A stretch of DNA of 64,000 nucleotides from assembly GCA_001785865.1 (NCBI GenBank), contig MFUZ01000009.1:15309-79308 (forward strand), read 5' to 3'. Under the pieces are notes generated by a model. It ran no database searches and was not told the origin of the DNA. It saw only the letters and a list, made by a program, of their open reading frames with translations. Numbering within the stretch: the stretch's first letter is position 1; every line of letters starts with the position of its first letter. This document shows, in pieces, positions 18,215-26,503 of the stretch. Position numbers and translations under genes: made by a program. Origin of the DNA: Candidatus Nomurabacteria bacterium RIFCSPLOWO2_01_FULL_41_18. GTDB taxonomy: Bacteria > Patescibacteriota > Minisyncoccia > Phycocordibacterales > UBA9973.

Positions 18215-19894
18215 ATGCAAAAAAATTGCCAAACATGTAACAAAGAGTTCGAAATAAGAAAGGATGATTTGATTTTTTACGATCAAGTAAAAACCGCTCC
18301 CCCAGAGGACTGCCCCGACTGCCGAGCGATGCGTCGCCTTGCTTTCCGCAATGAGCGAACTTTCTACAAAAGGCCTTGCGATCTTTGCAAGAAGGATATG
18401 ATTTCTCTCTATACGACCAATTCTCCTTACACGGTGTATTGCCACGAATGCTGGTGGAGCGATAAATGGGATCCTAAAAATTTCGCCCAAGATTACGATC
18501 CCAATAAAACATTTTTTGAACAATATGGAGAATTGCAAAAGAAAGTCCCAAGATTGTCTTTGATGATGATCAACTCCGTACGGAGCGAATATACAAACGG
18601 TGCAGCCGACAATAAAGATTGCTATCTCATCTTTGCAGCAGATGGCAACCAAGATTGCCTATACGGGAGATTGGTCCAAAGATCAAAAAACTGCGTCGAT
18701 TGTGCTTTTATCTACGATTCAGAATTATGCTACGAGTGCATCGATACTCATGAATCCTTTAAATGTATGTATTCCGAACAATGCACCGCCTCGAGCGATC
18801 TCTTATTCTGCTACAACATGCGCAACTCAAATAATTGTATTTTTTGCGTCAATGGAAGAAATATTTCTAACGCGATTTTAAATGTAAAATATTCAAGAGA
18901 AGAGTTTGAGAAAAAGAAAAAAGAACTCCTGTCCAGCTATGAAAACATCGAAAAAGCAAAGAAAGAATTTACAGAATTAAAAAACAAGACAATCGTTAAA
19001 TACTCTGCGCAAGTAAAATGTCACAACATTACGGGCGACCATCTATACAATTGCTATGACGGGATACGAGCATTCGATAGTTCGAGCGCAAAAAATTCTT
19101 CCTACATCGCTGACGCCGAGGACTCTATCGATTGCATGGATTTGAACAATTGTTATTACAAGCCCGAACTTTGTTACAACATGATGGGTGTCTTGCAAAG
19201 CAGTAAATGTAAAAACGGTGCTTTCGTATTTTATTGCAATGAAGTTGAATATTCTGAAAATTGCCACAATGTGACGAGTGCCATCGGGTGCAACGCTATA
19301 CGCAAGGGTCAGTATATGATTTTCAATAAAGAGTATTCAAAAGAAGATTTTTACAAAATCAAAGAACAAATCGATGCACAGATGAAAAAAGATGGAACTT
19401 ACGGACAATTTTTCCCGCCAGAGCTCGCCCCTTTTGGCTTTAATGAAACTCTGGGAAATGATTATTATCCACTTACCAAAAAGGAAGCAGAAGAAAAAGG
19501 TTTCAAATGGCAAGATCAAACTACTGGCACATACGGAAAAGAAACAATCAAAGAAAATGAAATTCCGGAGACCATTACTGAGGTCACAGAAGATATTTTA
19601 AATGAAATTTTGGTTTGCAAGGACTGCAAAAAGAATTTCCGTATCACTCAATCAGAGTTGGATTTCTACAAGAGGATGAACATTCCTCTCCCGCACAAAG
19701 ACTTTGAATGCCGACACCGTGACAGAATGAAGAAGCGCAATCCTCGCAAGCTTTGGCCTCGTTTCTGTATGTGTAAACTAAAAACTCATCAACACGGCAC
19801 AGAAAAATGTGAAAACGAATTCGAAACCTCCTACTCCCCCGACAGACCCGAGATAGTTTACTGCGAAAAGTGTTATCAACAGGAAGTTTCCTAG
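18215..19894 (+). CDS. Large cysteine-rich zinc-ribbon protein (CPR-type, function unknown)
   Basis: Multiple CxxC, WWSDKWDP, RNPRKLWPR, IVYCEKCY. Confidence 0.88.
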   Translation: MQKNCQTCNKEFEIRKDDLIFYDQVKTAPPEDCPDCRAMRRLAFRNERTFYKRPCDLCKKDMISLYTTNSPYTVYCHECWWSDKWDPKNFAQDYDPNKTFFEQYGELQKKVPRLSLMMINSVRSEYTNGAADNKDCYLIFAADGNQDCLYGRLVQRSKNCVDCAFIYDSELCYECIDTHESFKCMYSEQCTASSDLLFCYNMRNSNNCIFCVNGRNISNAILNVKYSREEFEKKKKELLSSYENIEKAKKEFTELKNKTIVKYSAQVKCHNITGDHLYNCYDGIRAFDSSSAKNSSYIADAEDSIDCMDLNNCYYKPELCYNMMGVLQSSKCKNGAFVFYCNEVEYSENCHNVTSAIGCNAIRKGQYMIFNKEYSKEDFYKIKEQIDAQMKKDGTYGQFFPPELAPFGFNETLGNDYYPLTKKEAEEKGFKWQDQTTGTYGKETIKENEIPETITEVTEDILNEILVCKDCKKNFRITQSELDFYKRMNIPLPHKDFECRHRDRMKKRNPRKLWPRFCMCKLKTHQHGTEKCENEFETSYSPDRPEIVYCEKCYQQEVS

Positions 19895-21657
19895 TTATTT
19901 TTTCGTACTCCGTGTTTAGTGTGCAATTTTTCTATTTCTTTTTCTTCAAGTTCTTCTTTTTTTTCTTTTCCTTTATCTCCAAGCGCCTTTAGTTCTTTAT
20001 CATCAAGTTTATCCATAGATTTTACCAACTCTGACAACTTTTCTACAGTATTTTTCTTTGGATCTTCTAAAACTTCTTCCAATAACGCACTTAAAATCCA
20101 CCCCATGCGGGGTCCAGGCTTGATTCCGAGCTTGTGTATCATAAATTCTCCGTTTATTTTTAATTGGCCGACGGAAATAGGGTCTCGCAGTGCCTCTTCT
20201 ATCATGGCAAAATACTTCCGCAGTCGATACGGAGCTTCTTTTTTCTTCATCCCTACCCTATCACATTCCCTTACTTTCATTAAATCCCAAATTGGATGAT
20301 CTTTATTTTCTTTTTTATCCGCCAAAGCTTTAGCGTCGGCGGGGCCAACTTTTGTAATGATTCTACGCACTGCAGAAAGTGTAATTAGCTCCGTATCAGA
20401 GAAAAACATATGATTGCGGACGAGTTTTTCCACAAGATCAGTTTCCTTTTTTGGAAATCTCAGCCTCTCCATTATTTTTTTTGCCATCCGCGCCCCAATA
20501 ACTTCATGGCCGTAAAAAGTGTATTTCTTTTTGCTTCTCGCTGGAAATAAATTCTTTGACATTCCTCCAGTCTCCGACTGGAACCTTCCGTCTGCAGAAT
20601 TTTTTTTCCGCTCCGAAGCAGGTTTAGGGAGATTCTTCACGCGGAAGGTTCCGCCCGAAGGGTGGAGGAAAGCGGAAGAATTTTCCTGAACCTGCGAAAC
20701 ATCTCTGCGACTTTTTGGCTTTCCAATATCGTGGAAAAGCGCAGAAAGCCTTATTTCTAAAGGCCAGTTTTTGTCGGCAGCGTGCTGGAGAGCATGCAAT
20801 AAATGTTCCCAAACATCATAAATGTGCTCCCCTAATTGTTCGCACTTTATCCCCTCCTCTAATTCTGGAATAATATTTTTTAGCAATCCGAATTTTTGCA
20901 GCATCACGATTCCGCTCGCAGGATTTTTCGACAAAATTATTTTTATAAACTCGTCGCGAATTCTTTCCGGAGAAATATTTTTTATCAAGTCCGCATTTTT
21001 AAAAATGCTTTCTGCAGTTTCTGATGAAATAGAAAAATTTAATTGTATCGCAAACCTCACCGCCCGCAACATTCGGAGTGCATCTTCTTTAAAACGATCA
21101 CCTCCTTCCCCTACTGTCCTCAATGTCTTGTCCTTTATGTCCTTTATACCATTAAACATATCTACGAGATGTCCTTTAGAATTTAAAGCGAGGGCGTTGA
21201 CCGTAAAGTCACGTCTTTTAAGATCATCTTCTAGCTTATCACTAAATTTCACCTCATCAGGATGTCTAAAATCGCTATATTTTGCTTCAATTCTATATGG
21301 GGTGACTTCCACAATGGTGGTTGTTTCTCCTACCAACACTGAAGCTTTTGTGGACAAGTGTGAAACACTATCAATTGTGGTTTCACGGGAAACTACCACT
21401 CCCACTGTGCCAAAAGTATTCTCATACACAGTCTTCTTGAAAAGTTTAATGATTTCTTCTGGTTTAGCATTGGTTGTGACATCCCAATCTTTAGGTTCCC
21501 TTCCTCCTTCGGCTCCGCTCAGGATCTGCGACATCATAAGATCTCTTACACATCCACCCACCAAATATGCTTCAAAACCAGCTTGCTCAAGGGCATCTGT
21601 TACATGTGAAACAGTTTTTGGTATTTTTTCTATTAAGTTTTTATATTGACTGTTCAA
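19891..21657 (-). CDS. cca: CCA tRNA nucleotidyltransferase with HD domain
   Basis: VGGCVRD, DWD, RRDFTVNA, EDALRMLR, HDIGK. Confidence 0.95.
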   Translation of the reverse strand: MNSQYKNLIEKIPKTVSHVTDALEQAGFEAYLVGGCVRDLMMSQILSGAEGGREPKDWDVTTNAKPEEIIKLFKKTVYENTFGTVGVVVSRETTIDSVSHLSTKASVLVGETTTIVEVTPYRIEAKYSDFRHPDEVKFSDKLEDDLKRRDFTVNALALNSKGHLVDMFNGIKDIKDKTLRTVGEGGDRFKEDALRMLRAVRFAIQLNFSISSETAESIFKNADLIKNISPERIRDEFIKIILSKNPASGIVMLQKFGLLKNIIPELEEGIKCEQLGEHIYDVWEHLLHALQHAADKNWPLEIRLSALFHDIGKPKSRRDVSQVQENSSAFLHPSGGTFRVKNLPKPASERKKNSADGRFQSETGGMSKNLFPARSKKKYTFYGHEVIGARMAKKIMERLRFPKKETDLVEKLVRNHMFFSDTELITLSAVRRIITKVGPADAKALADKKENKDHPIWDLMKVRECDRVGMKKKEAPYRLRKYFAMIEEALRDPISVGQLKINGEFMIHKLGIKPGPRMGWILSALLEEVLEDPKKNTVEKLSELVKSMDKLDDKELKALGDKGKEKKEELEEKEIEKLHTKHGVRKNN

Positions 21658-21668
21658 GATTTACTTTG

Positions 21669-21740
21669 TGCACCCGGCAAGACTCGAACTTGCAATAATA
21701 GTTCCGAAGACTATTGTGATATCCGTTTCACTACGGGTGC
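21669..21740 (-). tRNA. tRNA-Arg(TCG), no encoded CCA
   Basis: GCACCCG/CGGGTGC acceptor stem, ATAGT-CTTCGGA-ACTAT anticodon arm, GTTCGAG T-loop. Confidence 0.92.
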
Positions 21741-21894
21741 AAATTATTTTTTAATATGATAATTTTACACTATTTTTTATATAATGGCAAATAATGCTTA
21801 TTCTATAAGGAAATTTTGACCCAAAGTGGCAATTGCATTAGATGCTACAAAATACTATAATGTTTGCAACATTAATTTGGAATAAAAAAAAATT

Positions 21895-21965
21895 GCGGTC
21901 ATGGTTTAGTGGTAGAACACGTCCTTGCCAAGGATGAGACGGGAGTTCGATTCTCCCTGGCCGCA
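21895..21965 (+). tRNA. tRNA-Gly(GCC), no encoded CCA
   Basis: GCGGTCA/TGGCCGC, loop TTGCCAA, GTTCGATT. Confidence 0.95.
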
Positions 21966-22190
21966 CAAATATAAGCAATTTCAATGTCCTTTATTAATAA
22001 CTTTAACACATAAGGGTTTTACTAAAACTGGGGATAACTGTGTTGGTAATGTTCATAAAGGACATAACAAAAGTTTGTCTTTTATGGTCGTTTTTAGCTA
22101 AATACGTTATAAAATAAGGGTTTTAGTATAAAAGACATTAAATTATACATGTACGTTTCACGTGAAACGTGTTACATATGAAACAACTAA

Positions 22191-22616
22191 ATGCCTAAAG
22201 TATTCACCTCAGAAAAACAAAAAATAGGGGAAATAGGTGAAAATATAGCAGTGAAGTTTCTCATGAAACATAATTTCTCGATTTTAGACCGAAATTACAC
22301 AAAAAAATGGGGTGAAATAGACATAGTAGCTGAAAAACAAAATAAACTTTATTTTATAGAAGTGAAAAGCGTTTCTCGTGAAACACTGAATACTTTTATA
22401 CCAAAATCGTACAATGACTCCGACGAGAGATACGAACACAGACCAGAAGACAATATGCATCCTTGGAAATTAAAACGTCTCTCGCGCACAATTCAAACTT
22501 ATATTTTATCTAAAAATCTGGACGAAAAAGAATGGCAAGTAGATTTGCTTGTGGTTTATTTATGTCAGAAAGAAAAGAAGGCAAGGGTAAAGGTAGTAAG
22601 TGATATTATTTTGTGA
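22191..22616 (+). CDS. yraN: YraN-family (UPF0102) nuclease-like protein
   Basis: GENIA, GEIDIVA, FIEVK. Confidence 0.92.
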   Translation: MPKVFTSEKQKIGEIGENIAVKFLMKHNFSILDRNYTKKWGEIDIVAEKQNKLYFIEVKSVSRETLNTFIPKSYNDSDERYEHRPEDNMHPWKLKRLSRTIQTYILSKNLDEKEWQVDLLVVYLCQKEKKARVKVVSDIIL

Positions 22617-22690
22617 CCCTTCGATAAACTCGGGCCTTCGCTCTGAGACTCAGGCTCGAAGAGGTCATGGTGAATTTAATAGAACCATGA
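22614..22690. repeat. Composite palindromic element with nested insert (inverted copy at 59956-60003)
   Basis: TGACCCTTCGATAAACTCGGG[insert]GGTCATGGTGAATTTAATAGAACCATGA. Confidence 0.8.
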
Positions 22691-22706
22691 TATACTCGTT
22701 TTTATT

Positions 22707-22777
22707 CGGGCCGTAGTATACCGGTAGTACAAGTGCTTTGGGAGCATTTAGACTGGGTTCAATTCCCAGCGGCCCGA
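22707..22777 (+). tRNA. tRNA-Pro(TGG), no encoded CCA
   Basis: CGGGCCG/CGGCCCG, loop TTTGGGA, GTTCAATT. Confidence 0.93.
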
Positions 22778-22781
22778 CATT

Positions 22782-23192
22782 ATGACTTCATTTGCTTTGC
22801 TTTTTACACTCTCAACGATTGGAATCAGTGAAACTGTTTATCTTATTCGCAAGAGAATCGCTTTAGAAAAACCTATCTGTCCGATCGGAGGGGGCTGTGA
22901 AAAAGTGCTAGAAAGTAAATACAATAAGATTTTTTTCATCCACAATGATGTTGTGGGCCTTTTATCTTACATAATAATTTCTGTCATAGCGGCATTTTTG
23001 GTAATTGAGGTCCCGCCGGCCACTTTGTGGAGCTTGCTAATTAAAATTCTCGTTGTGACAGCTTCGCTCGCATCTTTGTTTTTCACATATCTGCAATGGC
23101 GTGTCCTCCGAGCTTGGTGCTTTTGGTGTCTGATGTCGGCATTTACAATCTGGCTGATGGCGATTATAATATTGGTAAGTGCAGTAATTTAA
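22782..23192 (+). CDS. Vitamin K epoxide reductase (VKOR) family protein
   Basis: CPIGGGCEKVLESKY and CFWC motifs, four TM segments. Confidence 0.9.
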   Translation: MTSFALLFTLSTIGISETVYLIRKRIALEKPICPIGGGCEKVLESKYNKIFFIHNDVVGLLSYIIISVIAAFLVIEVPPATLWSLLIKILVVTASLASLFFTYLQWRVLRAWCFWCLMSAFTIWLMAIIILVSAVI

Positions 23193-23194
23193 TT

Positions 23195-23608
23195 ATGAAC
23201 AAAACTTCATTTCATATTTTAAGAGTCGGGCTCGCCATAACTTTTTTATGGATTGGTGTTTTAATTTTTAAACAACCTGAAGCTTGGGGAGGGTATCTGG
23301 CGCCATGGGCCGCCAACCTATTGCCCGTACCCATTGAGCAGGCCATGATGGGAACCGCATTCGTAGATATTTTAATCGGAGTTTTCTTATTGATTGATTC
23401 GTTTGTATGGATTGCAGCACTGGTGGGAGCACTACATTTGATAGCTGTCCTAGTAGTGAGCGGTATTACTGACATAACAGTCAGAGATATTGGAATTTTG
23501 GCAGGAATGGTCGCATTGATGGCGGATTCTCTTCCGAAAACTTTGATCGACAAAATACAATCATGGACAAAAAGGGGAAATGGGTCAGAACAAACAAATC
23601 AAAGTTAG
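23195..23608 (+). CDS. DoxX-like membrane protein
   Basis: LRVGLAITFLWIG and VRDIG motifs. Confidence 0.8.
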   Translation: MNKTSFHILRVGLAITFLWIGVLIFKQPEAWGGYLAPWAANLLPVPIEQAMMGTAFVDILIGVFLLIDSFVWIAALVGALHLIAVLVVSGITDITVRDIGILAGMVALMADSLPKTLIDKIQSWTKRGNGSEQTNQS

Positions 23609-23645
23609 TCACTTTGCAGATTATTATTAATTTTATTTACAAATT

Positions 23646-24107
23646 ATGAATAAAACAATATCTTTCGTTTTAATTTTAATAGTTGTCGCCTTAGGGGGTT
23701 ACTTTTTATTTAAAAGTCCGAAAGTTCAAGCGCCAGTTTCTCCATCAGGAATAACCAACAATGAAAATGAAACTGAGACAACAGATCAGACCACGAATGA
23801 CAGCAACATAGCCAGCCCTGTAATAATTTATAGCAATACGGGCTATGCACCCAGCACGATAACCATAAAAGCCGGGACTATTGTAACGTTCAAAAACGAA
23901 AGCTCTTTATCAATGTGGACAGCTTCCGCATCTCACCCTACACATGGAGTCTATCCTACGACTGGTGGTTGCCTTGGTAGCACTTTCGATTCCTGCAAAG
24001 GTATTTTGCCTGGAGAATCCTGGTCATTTAAATTTGACGAGGTTGGAAATTGGAAATATCACGATCATTTGAAACCCAGCTTCTTTGGAACTATTGTCGT
24101 AGAATAA
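23646..24107 (+). CDS. Membrane-anchored cupredoxin-like protein
   Basis: PSTITIKAG.IVTF.N, HPTH, WKYHDH, GTIVV. Confidence 0.82.
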   Translation: MNKTISFVLILIVVALGGYFLFKSPKVQAPVSPSGITNNENETETTDQTTNDSNIASPVIIYSNTGYAPSTITIKAGTIVTFKNESSLSMWTASASHPTHGVYPTTGGCLGSTFDSCKGILPGESWSFKFDEVGNWKYHDHLKPSFFGTIVVE

Positions 24108-24201
24108 ATTTTAGTTCAAAAATTTTGTAACTCGAGAACAATACTAGTAGATACCCAGTATTGTTTTTGGTGTTTTTTTAGGGTATAAATAATGAGCGAA
24201 G

Positions 24202-24272
24202 GCGGGATTAGTTTAATGGTAAAATAACAGTTTTCCAAACTGTGGACAGGAGTTCGATTCTCCTATCCCGCA
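24202..24272 (+). tRNA. tRNA-Gly(TCC), no encoded CCA
   Basis: GCGGGAT/ATCCCGC, loop TTTCCAA, GTTCGATT. Confidence 0.95.
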
Positions 24273-24273
24273 C

Positions 24274-25017
24274 ATGTCAACATATATTTTTGCATTGGCC
24301 AGCGTGGTGGTAGTGAGCCTAGTTTCATTAGTTGGAATATTAGGGCTTTCTTTTAGAAAAGATCTGCTCGAAAAATATATTTTTATCTTCATCAGTCTCG
24401 CAGTAGGCGCGCTCCTGGGAGATGCATTCATCCACCTCATCCCCGAAGCTTTCGAATCGGCCAATCCGCTCCTTGTGAGTATTCTCATCGTCGCAGGGAT
24501 CTTGCTTTTTTTTGTACTGGAGAAATTCCTACACTGGCACCACCACGGAGACGATACAGAGAAGAATCACGTCCACCCCATGGGAAAATTGATCCTGATT
24601 TCGGACGGAGTCCACAACTTCATCGACGGAGTAATCATAGGCACAAGCTTCATGATAAGCATTCCGATCGGCTTAGCGACCACGCTCGCAGTCATTTTGC
24701 ATGAGATTCCTCAAGAAATAGGGGATTTTGCCGTGTTGTTACACGCCGGCTACCACAAGACCCGTGCACTCTTTCTAAATTTTCTATCGGCACTTTTGGC
24801 TATTGTGGGAGTCATAGTGGCCCTGCTTTTAGGGGAAGTGGTACAGAGCTTCGTCACCTATTTTTTACCGATCGCCGCCGGAGGATTTATTTACGTGGCA
24901 ATAGCAGACCTAATGCCTGAACTTCATAAAACAAAAAATATCAAATATTCCATGCTGCAATTGACCGCAGTCATCGTCGGTATTTTGGCTATGATTTTTC
25001 TCACTCTCCTCGAATAG
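24274..25017 (+). CDS. ZIP-family zinc transporter
   Basis: HWHHH loop, HNFIDG, HEIPQEIGD. Confidence 0.95.
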   Translation: MSTYIFALASVVVVSLVSLVGILGLSFRKDLLEKYIFIFISLAVGALLGDAFIHLIPEAFESANPLLVSILIVAGILLFFVLEKFLHWHHHGDDTEKNHVHPMGKLILISDGVHNFIDGVIIGTSFMISIPIGLATTLAVILHEIPQEIGDFAVLLHAGYHKTRALFLNFLSALLAIVGVIVALLLGEVVQSFVTYFLPIAAGGFIYVAIADLMPELHKTKNIKYSMLQLTAVIVGILAMIFLTLLE

Positions 25018-26130
25018 TTAGAAAGGATTTTTACCTCCTAGGACTTCGAAATGCAAATGAGGTCCGGTCGAGCGTCCGGTAGATCCCACATAACCGATCA
25101 CACTAGACTGTTCGACTTGTGCGCCGGTAGATGTCCCCAATCGGGACATATGAGCATACAAGGTTTTTGTTCCGTTCGGATGCTGGATCACAACATAATT
25201 TCCAAAACCGCCATTGTAGCCATTTCGCGCGATCAAAACCTTTCCCGCAGCCGCAGCGTGAATCTGTGTGCCGGTAGGAGCCGCCAAGTCTACGCCTTTA
25301 TGTCCAGGCACTAGACCTCGAGTCTTTCGCGCCCCCGGAAGTGGGTTTACAAAAGATCCGGCCACACTAGGAGAAGGTGAGCCACCACTTGCGACCTGGC
25401 CACCAGTGCCAGTGCCAGTGCCAGTGCCAGTGCCAGTGCCAGTGCTTTTTGGTTTAATGTCTGCTAACAAACCTGCTCCGGGAATAATCAACTTCTGTCC
25501 AATCGTGAGCTTTGAATCTTTGTCTATATCGTTTGCATCCAGCATATCGTCCAAGCTTACTTTATGACGATTGGCTATGCCTTGAGGCGTGTCACCGCTT
25601 ATTACAGTATATTCCACTCCGGAAAATGGGAGAATGAGCAGAACATCATCGATTTGGAGTTTGTCGCCTTTTTTCATATTGTTAGCAGACAAGACGGTGT
25701 CTTCGGTAACATTAAACATTTCAGCTATTTGAGATAAGCTATCGCCACTTCTGACCACATAAAAACTCACTTGATCCAAGGAAAAATCTTCCAATTCGGC
25801 ATTCGCCTCCGAAGAGACACCCATCGGGCCCGTTACCGGCAAAAGAGCACTATCAGAAACTATATTTACCTCGGCATTCGCGACGATATCTTCGTCATTT
25901 TTCGCTTCATTTTTGGTGTTTTTGTCTCCATATGAAAAAGAGGAAGTATTGGCCTCTAGAAGCGCCATGGTCCCAGAAGTCTCCGGAAGAGTTGAATTTA
26001 TGGCTTGTGCCGACCCGATCGTTACCCGAGTGTCGGCATGGGCATCGTCGCCTAAAAGCAACGATAAAAGGCCAGCCTCCGCCTGGAGAGGGGTAGACGC
26101 GAATAACAACACAAAAGCGACCCTAATCAA
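25018..26130 (-). CDS. LysM + M23 peptidase (start uncertain)
   Basis: Two LysM repeats; HKGVD, YAH, HLH motifs. Confidence 0.93.
   Translation of the reverse strand: MIRVAFVLLFASTPLQAEAGLLSLLLGDDAHADTRVTIGSAQAINSTLPETSGTMALLEANTSSFSYGDKNTKNEAKNDEDIVANAEVNIVSDSALLPVTGPMGVSSEANAELEDFSLDQVSFYVVRSGDSLSQIAEMFNVTEDTVLSANNMKKGDKLQIDDVLLILPFSGVEYTVISGDTPQGIANRHKVSLDDMLDANDIDKDSKLTIGQKLIIPGAGLLADIKPKSTGTGTGTGTGTGTGGQVASGGSPSPSVAGSFVNPLPGARKTRGLVPGHKGVDLAAPTGTQIHAAAAGKVLIARNGYNGGFGNYVVIQHPNGTKTLYAHMSRLGTSTGAQVEQSSVIGYVGSTGRSTGPHLHFEVLGGKNPF
25403..25444. repeat. (CCAGTG)7 tandem repeat encoding a Thr-Gly linker
   Basis: Seven perfect hexamers. Confidence 0.95.
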
Positions 26131-26503
26131 CAGAGAAATAGCGAAAAGGGAGCTGAATATTTTAAATAGTGGTTTTATAAAACAAACAAAATATCGTAAG
26201 ATTCCTTTCTAACCCTTACAAAATAAGGGTAGAATTACAGGACGACCAAATAGTACTGCAAACAAAGGGTCTCACGATGGTTACTATCATCTCTAGCATT
26301 CGGTTAGCTCAGGTCATACCTCTACTCCGAAACTATAAGGTAAGAGTACCCTAAACAGGGAGAGAAATCAAACCTTCAAGACCTCCGATGTGGATAACTA
26401 ATTTGACCTAAAAACTGGACAAAAAGATAAGAAGGCGGTATAATTAATAGATATTTTAATAGAAAACTGGTATTGCAAGGCCTAAAAATATATAATACAA
26501 AAG

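Larger units (their letters stand above)
21352..22385. promoter_or_regulatory. parS cluster (ParB-binding sites)
   Basis: Matches to TGTTTCACGTGAAACA at 21379, 21598, 22154, 22170, 22255, 22370, plus a half-site at about 21352. Confidence 0.8.

Noticed and set aside
20822-21649. Long antisense ORFs (e.g. 275 aa opposite cca, 238 aa at 27731)
   Set aside because: Shadows of real genes, with no motifs of their own.
26220-26340. c-di-AMP or c-di-GMP riboswitch upstream of the M23 gene
   Set aside because: Could not match the consensus elements by eye; kept only as an unnamed leader candidate.
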